From contig CAVQGX010000009.1 of NCBI GenBank assembly GCA_963712115.1, positions 1-64,000 on the forward strand: 64,000 nucleotides of DNA. The letters run 5' to 3'. This document shows positions 10,199 through 20,300 of this stretch, piece by piece (positions within the stretch are counted from its first letter, which is position 1; each line of letters starts with the position of its first letter). The translations under genes and the position numbers were made by a program. The notes under the pieces were generated by a model, which saw only the letters and a program-made list of their open reading frames with translations, made no database searches and was not told the DNA's origin. The DNA is from an uncultured delta proteobacterium (GTDB lineage: Bacteria > Desulfobacterota > Syntrophobacteria > BM002).

Positions 10199-11435
10199 CT
10201 ACCTGCTGGGTGGAACGAATTTGGCTGCGGCAAATTCAGGCGGCCAGATGGTCTGAAATTTGCCGTCAATGATCTGCAACACCAGGGTGCGGATGGTGTT
10301 CTGCCTTTCGAAACCTTCATATGAGTAAAAATTGACGGGACCAAAGGGGGTCATCATGTCCGTCTTTTCCAACGCCGCCCGTATGTCTTTGGGACTAAGG
10401 GATTCTGCCCTTCTCAGAGCATCCGCTGCCACCAGGACTGCTGAATAGGCCTCTGCGCCATGATAGTCGGGCTGCGAAGAAAAGAGTTTCACGTATGCAT
10501 CGAAATAATCCCTTGCGCCTGGATATAAGGCCCGCTCGGACCAGAGCGTTGCAGTCACCAGATTGATTGGCGGCATCTCCGGCTCTCTTGATGAATTCTT
10601 CCTGGGTAAAACCTCCGGCGGCTCCACAAAGCAATGATTTCAGGTTAGATTTCTGGATCTCCTTGACCAAGGTAACACCATCTTTGAGATAAGAAACCAT
10701 AAAGATCACGTCGGGGGGCTCTTCGGTCAGCTGGGAAAGCATGGGTTGGAAGTGGGCTGCGTCCGCTCCGTACCATTTGTCATAGTCAAACATTCCCCGT
10801 AACTCAATGCCATTATCCTTGCAAAACTCCAACATTCTGAAAGCGGCATTGGTCCCATACATGCCGTTTTCATGGATGATGGCCATGGATTTTGGTTTGA
10901 AATTCTTGAGCCAGAAATCTTCCAGCCCTCTGGTGTACTCGCTCACCGGGGGGTTCAACCGGAAGATGTTCTTCCAGCCCTTCTTAGTCAGCTTGTCAAC
11001 CGAAGCGGTGCTGACCAACAAAGGGACATTCAAGTCCTCTGCTACTTTGGCCATGGCGTAAGTGGGGTTGCTGGTCGCTCCCCCAAGCAGCATAACCACT
11101 TTGGAATCGCGAACCAGTTTCTCGACAACCTCCTTTGCCACAGAAGTCTTGTTCTGATCATCTCCGTAGACGATTTCCAACTGGCGCCCGTTTATGCCCC
11201 CCTCCTTGTTGATGGTTTCCTTGGCCATTTCACATGAATTCTTCATCATCAGCCCGAGAGTTTCACGATCTCCCGACAAAGGCAGGGGAACGCCGATAAT
11301 GACCGGCGATTTGCCCTCTGCCACGCTTTTGGCTGTTTCAGCGGTTTGCGCTGTAGCTGAATTGCGAACGGTTGAGAAAATGATGAACAAAGAGAGTGAA
11401 ACAAGAAGAAATAGCACCTTCTGCCTGTCTTTCAT
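10199..11435 (-). pseudogene. LivJ/K-like solute-binding protein, frameshifted at ~10560-10568
   Basis: Frame 1 ends ..KRAGDAANQ; frame 2 continues LVTATLWS..PDYHGAEAY..TPFGPVNF..LQIIDGKFQTIWP; junction GCC AAT CAAT CTG. Confidence 0.85.
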
Positions 11436-11484
11436 AACGTATCCTCCATCGCAGCTTCACAAAGCCTTGTGGATAAACAGCAAG

Positions 11485-11501
11485 AGCAACAACTGTTCCA
11501 A
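11485..11501 (-). promoter_or_regulatory. Sigma54 -24/-12 promoter of the SBP-TRAP-oad operon
   Basis: TTGGAACAGTTGTTGCT (GG-N10-GC) ~50 bp upstream of ATG 11435. Confidence 0.75.
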
Positions 11502-11574
11502 AGTTGATCCTCCGCTCCAAACCTCGAAACAGCGGGATATTAGCTTCATCCGAGCACATCGTGACCAGCAAAAA

Positions 11575-11615
11575 TCGGCCAATATCCGCCGGCAAATGGC
11601 GGAAATCCGCCATTT
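11575..11615. promoter_or_regulatory. Tandem palindromic enhancer (UAS) sites for an NtrC-type activator
   Basis: GGCCAATATCCGCC and AAATGGCGGAAATCCGCCATTT, 75-115 bp upstream of the sigma54 element; NtrC-family regulator encoded divergently. Confidence 0.55.
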
Positions 11616-11950
11616 AATCAAACGGGTTCGCCTTGTGATAATCGAACCAGGTTTCCTCCTAAGAGCTCGTATTTGCACCACATTATCTTTGTACGACACG
11701 ATTCACCCTTTCCAGGCTGACCGGATCATTGCTAGAAGAAAAGAACCCTGATCCTGGTGGTTAATTCAGTGTCTTTTCTAAAAGACGATGGTGCCAGGCT
11801 AATTTTTGGTATAGTTAATGAAGCATATCTTTTAGAAAGGCTGAAACGGGGGCGGTAATAATACGCCACTTATAGGGCGGTATTGAAGCCTAGGACATGG
11901 GATCTCAAACCTCCCATGCTCCTTGCCCCATGGTTGAAGGAGTTGAGAAC

Positions 11951-14900
11951 ATGCGTCTTCACTTCAGCATCTTAAAGAAGTTCGTTCTGGCCTTCCTTTT
12001 GCTCTCTATCTTGCCCCTCTGCGTATTCGGATTTTATACCACTCGCAGCGTTCGGCAGATCGGCCAGGGAGCCATTGCCAGCAGTTCCACCGAACTCGAA
12101 AAGCGCGGCAAAGAATCGATTGAACTTCGGGCGGTTGAACTGGCGAACCGGGTAAGTCAGTTGCTACGCAATCGTGAGGCCGATCTTCTTACTCTTCAGA
12201 TGATGCCGCGTGATGCTGTGGTCTATCAGCAATTTTCCCTTGCACATCGAGGAAGGATTTGGATACGAGAGGGGACCAATGAGAATCCCATTGAAGCTCA
12301 CAAAGAGATCCCCTTGTATCGGGAGGTTACTTTTATTGGCGCGGATGGCAGGGAAAAAATCCTTGTCAGAGATGATCAAATCGTGGGCTCTGAATTTCTT
12401 CGGGATGTGAGCGAGCCTGTAAACACAACCTATAAATGTGAGCGTTACTTTGAGGAAACCAAAAAATTAACAAAGGGTGAAATTTATGTTTCCCACGTAG
12501 CGGGCTGGTATGTGACCCGGGAAGAACAGCTCCAGGGTGCCGAGCGGGTTGAAGATGCGGTAGAGGGGAAGAAATTTGAGGGGGTGCTTCGTTTTGCGGT
12601 CCCTTGCTGGGCTAAAGATGGTCATTTCGAAGGGATTGTAATGCTTTCTCTCGATCATCGACATCTCATGGAGATGACCCAACACATTTTGCCTACGGAA
12701 GAACGGTTTGTTGTTTTTCCCAGTTATATGAGTGGCAATTACGCTTTCATGTTTGATGATGCGGGATGGATCATTTCTCACCCCAAGTTCTGGAATATCA
12801 GGGGAATTCTTTCGGACGGCAGCCAATTCAATGCCACTGATCCATCTTACACCAAGGAGAAAGTGGTGGCGGGTGAAGTTCCCTTTAATCTCGACTGCGC
12901 GGATTTTATTCATCCCAATTACCCTTTCATCGCTAGACAAGTACGGGCAGAAAAATCCGGGGTAACAAGCACCTTCAATGTGGGGGGAATCCCTCGCGTG
13001 ATGGCTTACGCTCCCATTTATTACGATCGGGGGCCTTACTCAAAGAATCGTATTTTTGGAGGAATCACCATCGGTGTTCAGACAGCCAAGTTCCAGGAAC
13101 CTGCCTTGCTCACCAGTACCAAGATCAAGGAAATGGTTCAGCAAACGAGGAATAGTGCGTCTGTCACCCTTGCGCTTGCAGCCCTTGTGGCCATCGGCCT
13201 CGCTGTTCTTCTCGCCAGGACCTTCACTCGCCCCATTTTGCTTTTGGCTCAGAGGGCAAAGGAGATCGCCTCAGGTGGCACTCCTGTCGAAGTAGAGGTG
13301 AAAACAGGGGATGAACTGGAAATCCTTGCCCATAATTTCACCCGTATGGCCAGGGAAATCAAAGAGCACCAGGAAAGCCTTGAAAAATCCCTCAATGAAC
13401 TCGCCGAATCCAAAGGGGCCGTAGAGCAATATACCATTGAGCTGGAAAAGCGGATCAAGAGCCTCAAAAATATCCATTACTTGAGTCAATATTTGGGGGT
13501 CGTTTTTGAACGGGAAATGGTACTGCAAACAGTTCTGAAGACCTGTGTGGAAGGGCTGGATTTCGATCGAGCCCTTTTATACCTTTATGATCCCATCAAC
13601 CGCCGTTTAATATGTCACCAAACGTTTGGATTTTCCCCGGAACACGAAAGGCGTGCCAAATCGGCTTCTTATGACATCGATAGACACGACTGTATTCCCA
13701 CCAAAGTATTCCGAGATGGGCAGACCATTTTTGTCAAAGATATCTATACTGAGGACTTGGCCACACCCCTGGACATCAAGATTTCAGAGGTGGGAGAGAC
13801 TTACTTCTATGCTTTCACTCCCCTTAAGGTTCAAGATCAGGTGATCGGGGTGCTGGGTGCCGACAATGCCACAAGTGAAAGGGAGATCACAGACATTGAC
13901 GTGGAATCCTTAGAAATCTTAACTAACGATGCTGCCCGCGCCATTGAGCGGTCACAGCTTTACCAACGGGTTATCAGTGAAAGAAACTTCATCGAGTCTA
14001 TCTTCACTCACATGACCAGTGGGATAATTACCCTTGATGAGAGTGGCAGTATCACCTCTTTGAATCCTTATAGCGAAAGAGTGTTTAGCCTGGACCAGAG
14101 GGAGGCAGTGGGTAGAGACTACCATCAGGTTTTTCACCAATACCCTTCATGGCTCGAATTGATTGAATCTTTTGCCCAATCTCCTGATGTGGAAAGGCAG
14201 TTTCTGGAGCATCAATTGAGTTCCAATGGCGCTCAGGAGAAATTTCTGGAGGTAAACCTGTCTCGCATTCACCAGGAAGAGCAGAGCCGACCGGTGCTTT
14301 TGATCTTTCTGAGGGACATCACTGAACGAAAGCTTCTGGAAAATCACCTGAGGCGTTCTGACCGTCTGATCAGCCTCGGTACTCTGGCTGCTGGTGTCGC
14401 CCATGAAATTCGCAATCCATTGACGGGCGTTTGTTTGCTCCTGGACGACCTACATGATCATCTGGCAGAAAGACCTCAGGAGCGAGAAATGATCCAAAAG
14501 GCTTTGTCGGAAGTGGAGAGACTGGAAAACCTGGTCAATGGCTTGCTCGATTTTGCTGCGCCCTCCAGACGGTTGCGTTTTGTAGTTCAGTCAGTTGAGG
14601 AGGTAATCAACAATACCCTTTTCCTCATCCAAGAACAGTGCAAAAAGCAGAAGATTAGTATAGCCGTTCAGGTTGCCGAACCCCTTCCACCTCTGCACCT
14701 AGACCCAGACCGATTTCGACAATCCCTTTTGAACCTGCTTTTGAATGCTATTCAGGCCATGCCAGAGGGAGGAGACCTTTCTTTACATGTGGACCGAGTG
14801 TTGGAAGACCAGTCGCTTGTTTCAGGTCCCGCTGTTCGGATCCTCGTCGCTGACACCGGAAAGGGCATTCCCTCAGAAGACATAGAATATATTTTCGATC

Positions 14901-15052
14901 CTTTTTTTACCCGAAATCCCTATGGTGTGGGGTTGGGCTTGGCCATCGTGCACAGTATCATTGACGAACATGGGGGGCGGATCACCGTCTCCAGTGAGAT
15001 GGGTAATGGCACGACTTTCCGAATAGATCTCCCCATTGATGGGATGAGGTAA
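11951..15052 (+). CDS. Membrane sensor histidine kinase (periplasmic Cache-like, HAMP, GAF, PAS, HisKA, HATPase)
   Basis: Two TMs, GDELEILA HAMP, GAF (IGVLGADN), PAS, AHEIRNPL H-box, NAIQAM, DTGKGI, GLGLAIV; start set to ATG 11951 (track start 11897). Confidence 0.93.
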   Translation: MRLHFSILKKFVLAFLLLSILPLCVFGFYTTRSVRQIGQGAIASSSTELEKRGKESIELRAVELANRVSQLLRNREADLLTLQMMPRDAVVYQQFSLAHRGRIWIREGTNENPIEAHKEIPLYREVTFIGADGREKILVRDDQIVGSEFLRDVSEPVNTTYKCERYFEETKKLTKGEIYVSHVAGWYVTREEQLQGAERVEDAVEGKKFEGVLRFAVPCWAKDGHFEGIVMLSLDHRHLMEMTQHILPTEERFVVFPSYMSGNYAFMFDDAGWIISHPKFWNIRGILSDGSQFNATDPSYTKEKVVAGEVPFNLDCADFIHPNYPFIARQVRAEKSGVTSTFNVGGIPRVMAYAPIYYDRGPYSKNRIFGGITIGVQTAKFQEPALLTSTKIKEMVQQTRNSASVTLALAALVAIGLAVLLARTFTRPILLLAQRAKEIASGGTPVEVEVKTGDELEILAHNFTRMAREIKEHQESLEKSLNELAESKGAVEQYTIELEKRIKSLKNIHYLSQYLGVVFEREMVLQTVLKTCVEGLDFDRALLYLYDPINRRLICHQTFGFSPEHERRAKSASYDIDRHDCIPTKVFRDGQTIFVKDIYTEDLATPLDIKISEVGETYFYAFTPLKVQDQVIGVLGADNATSEREITDIDVESLEILTNDAARAIERSQLYQRVISERNFIESIFTHMTSGIITLDESGSITSLNPYSERVFSLDQREAVGRDYHQVFHQYPSWLELIESFAQSPDVERQFLEHQLSSNGAQEKFLEVNLSRIHQEEQSRPVLLIFLRDITERKLLENHLRRSDRLISLGTLAAGVAHEIRNPLTGVCLLLDDLHDHLAERPQEREMIQKALSEVERLENLVNGLLDFAAPSRRLRFVVQSVEEVINNTLFLIQEQCKKQKISIAVQVAEPLPPLHLDPDRFRQSLLNLLLNAIQAMPEGGDLSLHVDRVLEDQSLVSGPAVRILVADTGKGIPSEDIEYIFDPFFTRNPYGVGLGLAIVHSIIDEHGGRITVSSEMGNGTTFRIDLPIDGMR

Positions 15053-15090
15053 AATGGGAAAGGGACCACAGATCATATCGAGGACAAACG

Positions 15091-16479
15091 ATGGAAAAAA
15101 TCCTGATCGTGGACGATGAACCTTTCATCTGCGAAAATCTTCAGCGAATTTTGCAAGAAGAGCAATACGACACTGTGGTTGCTCAAGAGGGAGAAAGGGC
15201 TCTAAGTGTTCTAGAAAGTGAGCTGATTGACCTGGTCTTCTTGGATCTAAATCTGCCTGACGTGCCGGGACTGGAGGTACTCAAGCGCATCAAGGAAGAG
15301 GATCCGGACCTCCTGGTCATCATCATTACAGGCTATGCTTCAGTTGAATCTGCGGTGGAAGCTCTGAAGATGGGAGCTTATGACTACATCAAGAAACCTT
15401 TCAAAGCGGATGTTATCAAGCTCATTGTGAAGTTGGCCTTGGAAACCCAGAGTTTAAAAAGACAAGTCAGGTACCTGAAAAAGCGGCACGAAGAGCTTTG
15501 TGGAGACGAGCCGATCATCGCTGAAAGCGAGCTTTTCAGAGAAAGTTTGCACCAGGCTCAAGAGATTGCCAGGCATGTGGATACCACGGTGCTCATTACT
15601 GGCGAAAGCGGTACCGGAAAGGAATTGATCGCTCGCATGATCCACAATTTGAGCCCTCGTTCGCAGCGCCCTTTGCTTGAGATCAATTGCGCTACTTTAC
15701 CCGAGAATCTGCTGGAAAGCGAACTTTTCGGTTATGACAGCGGGGCTTTTACGGATGCCAAAGGCAAGAAAATAGGACTTTTTGAAGCAGCCAATGGGGG
15801 CAGCATTTTCCTGGACGAAGTCGGTGAGATGTCTCTGGCGCTGCAATCTAAACTATTGCGCGTTTTAGAGGATAAGAAAATTCGTCGGGTGGGAGGGACG
15901 CAGTTCCATAAGGTGAACTTGAGGGTCATCGCCGCCACCAATCTGGATCTGCAGAAATGTGTCGAGGCCAAGCGTTTTCGTGAGGATCTTTTCTATCGGT
16001 TAAACATTTTTCCGATTCATTTGGCTCCGCTTCGGGAACGTCCTGAAGATGTCACTGCTCTAGTCAAGTATTTCCTCTCGGAGTGTGGAAAAAGGTTTGG
16101 CAAAGAATTTCAAGAAATCAGTATAGAGGCGGAGAAGATTCTGTCCAGTTATAACTGGCCTGGAAATGTGCGAGAACTACGCAACATAATCGAACGTATC
16201 TGTATCATGCACGATAACCTAGTACTGGATGTAGAACATCTGCCCAAAGAATTGACTGCAGATTTAGCCTCTAGAGAACAACTGAAACATTTTGATGTGC
16301 CCATCCCTTCTGGTGGAATTGATCTAGAAAAGGTGGTGGATCAATTTACCCGCAATCTTATCGAGAAGGCGATTAAAATAGCTGGCGGCAATATCTCACA
16401 AGCAGCCAAACTCTTGGGTACTCCACGGGGAACCCTTCGTTACAAGCTGGAAAAATTAGATCTGGACGTGGGAGCGTGA
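15091..16479 (+). CDS. Sigma54-dependent NtrC-family response regulator
   Basis: REC domain, GESGTGKE Walker A, GAFTDA loop, FLDEVGE, WPGNVREL, Fis-type HTH. Confidence 0.96.
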   Translation: MEKILIVDDEPFICENLQRILQEEQYDTVVAQEGERALSVLESELIDLVFLDLNLPDVPGLEVLKRIKEEDPDLLVIIITGYASVESAVEALKMGAYDYIKKPFKADVIKLIVKLALETQSLKRQVRYLKKRHEELCGDEPIIAESELFRESLHQAQEIARHVDTTVLITGESGTGKELIARMIHNLSPRSQRPLLEINCATLPENLLESELFGYDSGAFTDAKGKKIGLFEAANGGSIFLDEVGEMSLALQSKLLRVLEDKKIRRVGGTQFHKVNLRVIAATNLDLQKCVEAKRFREDLFYRLNIFPIHLAPLRERPEDVTALVKYFLSECGKRFGKEFQEISIEAEKILSSYNWPGNVRELRNIIERICIMHDNLVLDVEHLPKELTADLASREQLKHFDVPIPSGGIDLEKVVDQFTRNLIEKAIKIAGGNISQAAKLLGTPRGTLRYKLEKLDLDVGA

Positions 16480-16537
16480 GAGCAGACGACCATTTTTTGG
16501 AACGGACATTAAAGTCCGCTACTGACTGCTAAGTTAA

Positions 16538-18075
16538 CCCTAATGTTGCATAAAAATCGGGTTTTTCACAAATAAAAGACTTGCGGAGGCCCATGGATAC
16601 TGGGTAAAAGTGTTTTTGGACAAGAAAACACAACCCGATCCAGGAGGCCACCGCAAGTGAAATCCAGCAAAGCACAAATTCAGGCAAAGTTCCACAAAAT
16701 TCCTACCATTCGTTTCGAAGACCAAAAGCTGAGTTCGTTTTCAGGGTTGGTGATATTTCAAGTGCTTTTTGTGCGAATGAACCTAAAGGAGCGCCTGAGA
16801 CGATGTTTCGCTCATTTGAAGATGTCACCGATCTTTGGACGCCACCTGGTTATCATGTTGCTCATCGTTCATCTTCTGCTTGGATTTCGCCGTCTTCGAG
16901 AGATCGACTATTACCGTGACGATCCTTTGGTTCTTCGCCTGTTGGGATTGCGCAAGCTTCCCGATTTTTCCACCATCTCCCGAGCTCTGTCTCAGATGGA
17001 AATAGAAGGAGTCGACAAGCTGAGAGCGCTCTCTTGTTCAATGGTTGTCGAAGGACTACAGCGAGAACAGTTTGCTCGCCTGACCTTGGATTTTGATGGC
17101 TCCGTGCTCAGCACCAAAGCGCATGCAGAGGGCACGGCTGTCGGTTTCAACAAAAGGAAAAAGGGTGCACGCAGTTACTATCCACTGTTTTGCAGCGTCG
17201 CGCAAACAGGCCAATTCTTTGACGTGCATCACCGCCCTGGCAATGTCCATGACTCCAATGGTGCCGTTGATTTCATGATGCGCTGTTTTGAAAAAGCACG
17301 AAGCGAGCTAGCGAATACCAGATTTGAATCGCGAATCGATGCAGCTTTCTTCAACAAGGAGATATTTGATGTCTTTGATACCAACAAGGTGCAGTTTACA
17401 GGCTCTGTCCCCTTCGAAAGATTTGCAGAGCTCAAACAAATGATTGAGGTGCGACAACGCTGGCGGATCGTTGATAGGCAGTGGTCATACTTTGAGGCCA
17501 GGTGGAAGCCAAAATCGTGGCAGACGAAATATCGGTTCATTTTCACTCGCAGAAGAGTTAAAAGCCAATATAAAGGCCCTTTGCAACTTGATCTGTTTGA
17601 ACCACGTGACTTCAACTACCAATATAAGGTTATCGTTACCAACAAAACCAACTCAGCCAAAAGCGTCGTGCTGTTTCATAATGGCCGCAGCTCCCAAGAA
17701 GCCATCTTCGGCGAGGCCAAAAACAACTGTGGCCTCAATGTCATTCCCACTCGGCGCTTGGCAGGCAACCAGGTCTATACCCTTTGCGCGATGATGGCTC
17801 ACAACTTAGCCCGAGAAATACAAATGCTGGCAAATCCACCCTTGCTGCGAGCTCGCCCGAAACGCCCCGCAGCTTGGAAGTTCCAAACTCTAGATACCCT
17901 CAGACACCGCTTCATTCAACGCGCCGGACGGCTCATACGACCCCAGGGCCAACTGACACTCACCATGAGCGCAAACCCAGCAGTTCGCAAAGATCTTCTG
18001 CACTTCTTGGAGGCAGTGCAAAAGGCAGCTTAGAAGCAAAATCGACGTAAACCAGATTTTTATGCAACATTAGGG
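16538..18075 (+). mobile_element. Complete IS1380-family insertion sequence (1538 bp)
   Basis: Perfect 21-bp TIR CCCTAATGTTGCATAAAAATC (26/27 when extended); TTAA duplicated on both sides within AGTTAACT. Confidence 0.92.
16657..18033 (+). CDS. IS1380-family DDE transposase
   Basis: LSSFSGL, LTLDFDGS, SYYPL, RPGN.HDS, RIDAAFF, HNGRSSQEAIFGEAK, MAHNL motifs; GTG start after GGAGG. Confidence 0.92.
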   Translation: MKSSKAQIQAKFHKIPTIRFEDQKLSSFSGLVIFQVLFVRMNLKERLRRCFAHLKMSPIFGRHLVIMLLIVHLLLGFRRLREIDYYRDDPLVLRLLGLRKLPDFSTISRALSQMEIEGVDKLRALSCSMVVEGLQREQFARLTLDFDGSVLSTKAHAEGTAVGFNKRKKGARSYYPLFCSVAQTGQFFDVHHRPGNVHDSNGAVDFMMRCFEKARSELANTRFESRIDAAFFNKEIFDVFDTNKVQFTGSVPFERFAELKQMIEVRQRWRIVDRQWSYFEARWKPKSWQTKYRFIFTRRRVKSQYKGPLQLDLFEPRDFNYQYKVIVTNKTNSAKSVVLFHNGRSSQEAIFGEAKNNCGLNVIPTRRLAGNQVYTLCAMMAHNLAREIQMLANPPLLRARPKRPAAWKFQTLDTLRHRFIQRAGRLIRPQGQLTLTMSANPAVRKDLLHFLEAVQKAA

Positions 18076-18471
18076 TTAACTATTAATATTGCGCCGCAAG
18101 GATGGAAATCGTCAGCCTCAAAACGCTGTGGTAGTTCTTTGTAGTCACCGATTGAAGATACCTTGCCAACATCTTGAGTTTTCCAAAGGTTTCAATAAGA
18201 TAAGCATATAGTAAGCTGGACGAAGTTCGACGAGGGTTAATAGGTGGCCTTAAAGGAATGGATTGAAACTCAGATCGAGTAAGTAAATATCCGATCAGGT
18301 CAATAGGAAACTGCATTTAACATCAGAAGTCCGAGATTCACTGGATTAAAGTTACCACAACATCTGGAGAGAGCGCAAAATGAAATCCTCCAGCCCAAGA
18401 TTTAGAGCCCTCAAGGGCGGACGACAAAAATGTTGAAATGATGTTATTTGAAATCAAAGCAGACTGGTAGA

Positions 18472-18504
18472 AAATTTCAGTGTATAACGCTTGAAGTTAA
18501 ATCT
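18472..18504. repeat. 33-bp imperfect palindrome (13-7-13), empty copy of the IS110 target site
   Basis: AAATTTCAGTGTA-TAACGCT-TGAAGTTAAATCT; 24/33 gapless identity to the site reconstituted from 20696-20714 + 22302-22315. Confidence 0.55.
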
Positions 18505-18857
18505 CTGGTTGGAATGGCAGCCCTATTCCACGCTGACGGGAATATGAGGATCGTATGAAGAACGGATTTAAAACATTTGATAATATCTATCATTTTATAC
18601 ATGTTGCAGCTATCTAATCTTTAACAAAAAAGAACATATCCGGTATGTTGACATTCCCATTAAAAAGTATATCCACTTCGGCTCGTGTCCGGTGAAAAGG
18701 CGACTTATCAAGGAAAATCGGCTCATTTTGTGGCACTGCATTCTACAAATTCTCAAAGAGCGGCATAGTAATTTTAAAATGTTACAAGAGGAATTGCTAA
18801 CACCTGTTAAAGATCGGTAATGCTGATCGAAATATGGCTTAACTGAAAGATCGCTCT

Positions 18858-19520
18858 CTATACTATCCAAGTCTCCTGATGGAATCCCATGTCCCAGAAG
18901 AGATATTCTAGTTTTGAAGTAATTATAAAGTGATTCCGAACCATTTCCTTCTGGTCATCCGTTAGTTCTTTGGCGACCTGATCCATGACCTCAAGTACCT
19001 GTTTGACTATGGAAGCATATTCTTCGCTCCCATAGGTCTCAATCCAAAGCCGAAAAAGCTCTTTTGGAGATCCCCGTTTTCCAAGCTCCTTCCCTACCTC
19101 CCAGTAGATCCAGTAACACGGGAGAAAAGCTCCCATTCCCTCATAAAAAGGCCGCTCATAGGCAACCCTCAAGAGATAAGACGTGTAAAACAGATTGTTT
19201 GGCGCCATCGGGGTATTGTAAACCTCTTGCTCTGTCAGTTTCCAATTTTTGAAGAAACTCTCATGAAGTGCGCGTTCTACCAAAATGGTATCTCGTGCAT
19301 GTCCGGCGAACATCATAAGCCAGTTATCCTTTTGTGCTTTGGCTCCTAGAATGGTCAGACCCCGAGCAAAGTCACGTAAGTAAAGGGCATCCTGAATGAC
19401 ATAGAAGCGAAAAGCCCCCTCATCCAATGAACCGTCTGTAAGGCCCATGATAAATGGGTGTTCCAAGATTTTATTATATGTCCCTCTTATAGAGTTCCAC
19501 AGAAAATCGGTGAACTTCAC
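18858..19520 (-). CDS. tenA: Thiaminase II / aminopyrimidine aminohydrolase, TenA_C type
   Basis: HPFI..L.DGSL, YVIQDALYL, FLPCYWIY with catalytic Cys, WIETY, LEYLFWDM. Confidence 0.93.
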   Translation of the reverse strand: MKFTDFLWNSIRGTYNKILEHPFIMGLTDGSLDEGAFRFYVIQDALYLRDFARGLTILGAKAQKDNWLMMFAGHARDTILVERALHESFFKNWKLTEQEVYNTPMAPNNLFYTSYLLRVAYERPFYEGMGAFLPCYWIYWEVGKELGKRGSPKELFRLWIETYGSEEYASIVKQVLEVMDQVAKELTDDQKEMVRNHFIITSKLEYLFWDMGFHQETWIV

Positions 19521-19658
19521 GACAGCACCTCGCTCAATGAATTTTTACTCTGACTCTTGCCAGATCAGTCTTTTTGTATGGAAAGCACCTGACAAGAATA
19601 TCTATCTTGCGGAAATTAAATAGACAATTTCTGAAAAATTGCAGACCCATCAAATGGG

Positions 19659-20300
19659 CTAGGTTTCTTCCGTGGTTGCCATTTCCCAGAATAAGTATTC
19701 ATATCGCGCTGTTATTAAAAACAGCTCTTCCATTCTTCGTAATTCACGTTCAGGTTTGCCTGTTGCCAACTCATTTATAGTGCTACTTAGCCAGTTTACA
19801 AATTGTTGAAATTCTTCATTCGTCCAATTATCAATAAAGTCCTGCCAGGGACTTTGGATTTTCAAATTATTTCTGACCTCTATCCAGGAATCCAGATAGG
19901 CTTTTTCAGCAGCGTAAAGTACCGTAAAGCCCTCTGCAAATGAACTATTGTAAGCGGTACTCATCAAGAATTGATTATAACTATAGCAAGTTGGAGAGGG
20001 CATCACATCTTCTAAATTAACCCCGCGAGCAGAGGCATTTTTTCGAAACAGTTCCAACTCTCGATCCAGACCAGAGAGGATTTTAATAAAGATCGGCCTC
20101 AGATGAGAAGGCGCCTTTGCCAACAGCACTGCAACAAAAGGGATTGCTTCTTGCACAAAGACATAGTCCTGCTGTATCCAAGTTCTAAAAGCCTTATCTG
20201 AAATACTCCCCTCGGCTGTCATTTTAAGAAAGCGGTGATTCAGAATGGCATTCCATATATCTTGCGCTTTATCTAGTAATCTTTGATGAAAGTTACTCAT
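19659..20300 (-). CDS. TenA-family protein lacking the catalytic Cys (TenA_E type)
   Basis: WIQQDYVFV, LYAAEKAY in place of LPC, YEYLFWEMA; GGAGG SD. Confidence 0.88.
   Translation of the reverse strand: MSNFHQRLLDKAQDIWNAILNHRFLKMTAEGSISDKAFRTWIQQDYVFVQEAIPFVAVLLAKAPSHLRPIFIKILSGLDRELELFRKNASARGVNLEDVMPSPTCYSYNQFLMSTAYNSSFAEGFTVLYAAEKAYLDSWIEVRNNLKIQSPWQDFIDNWTNEEFQQFVNWLSSTINELATGKPERELRRMEELFLITARYEYLFWEMATTEET

Noticed and set aside
11770-11825. TGGCAC and TTGGTATAGTTAATGA as sigma54 promoters
   Set aside because: No GC at the required -12 position
18083-18870. Short ORFs between IS1380 and tenA
   Set aside because: No motifs or SD; composition looks non-coding
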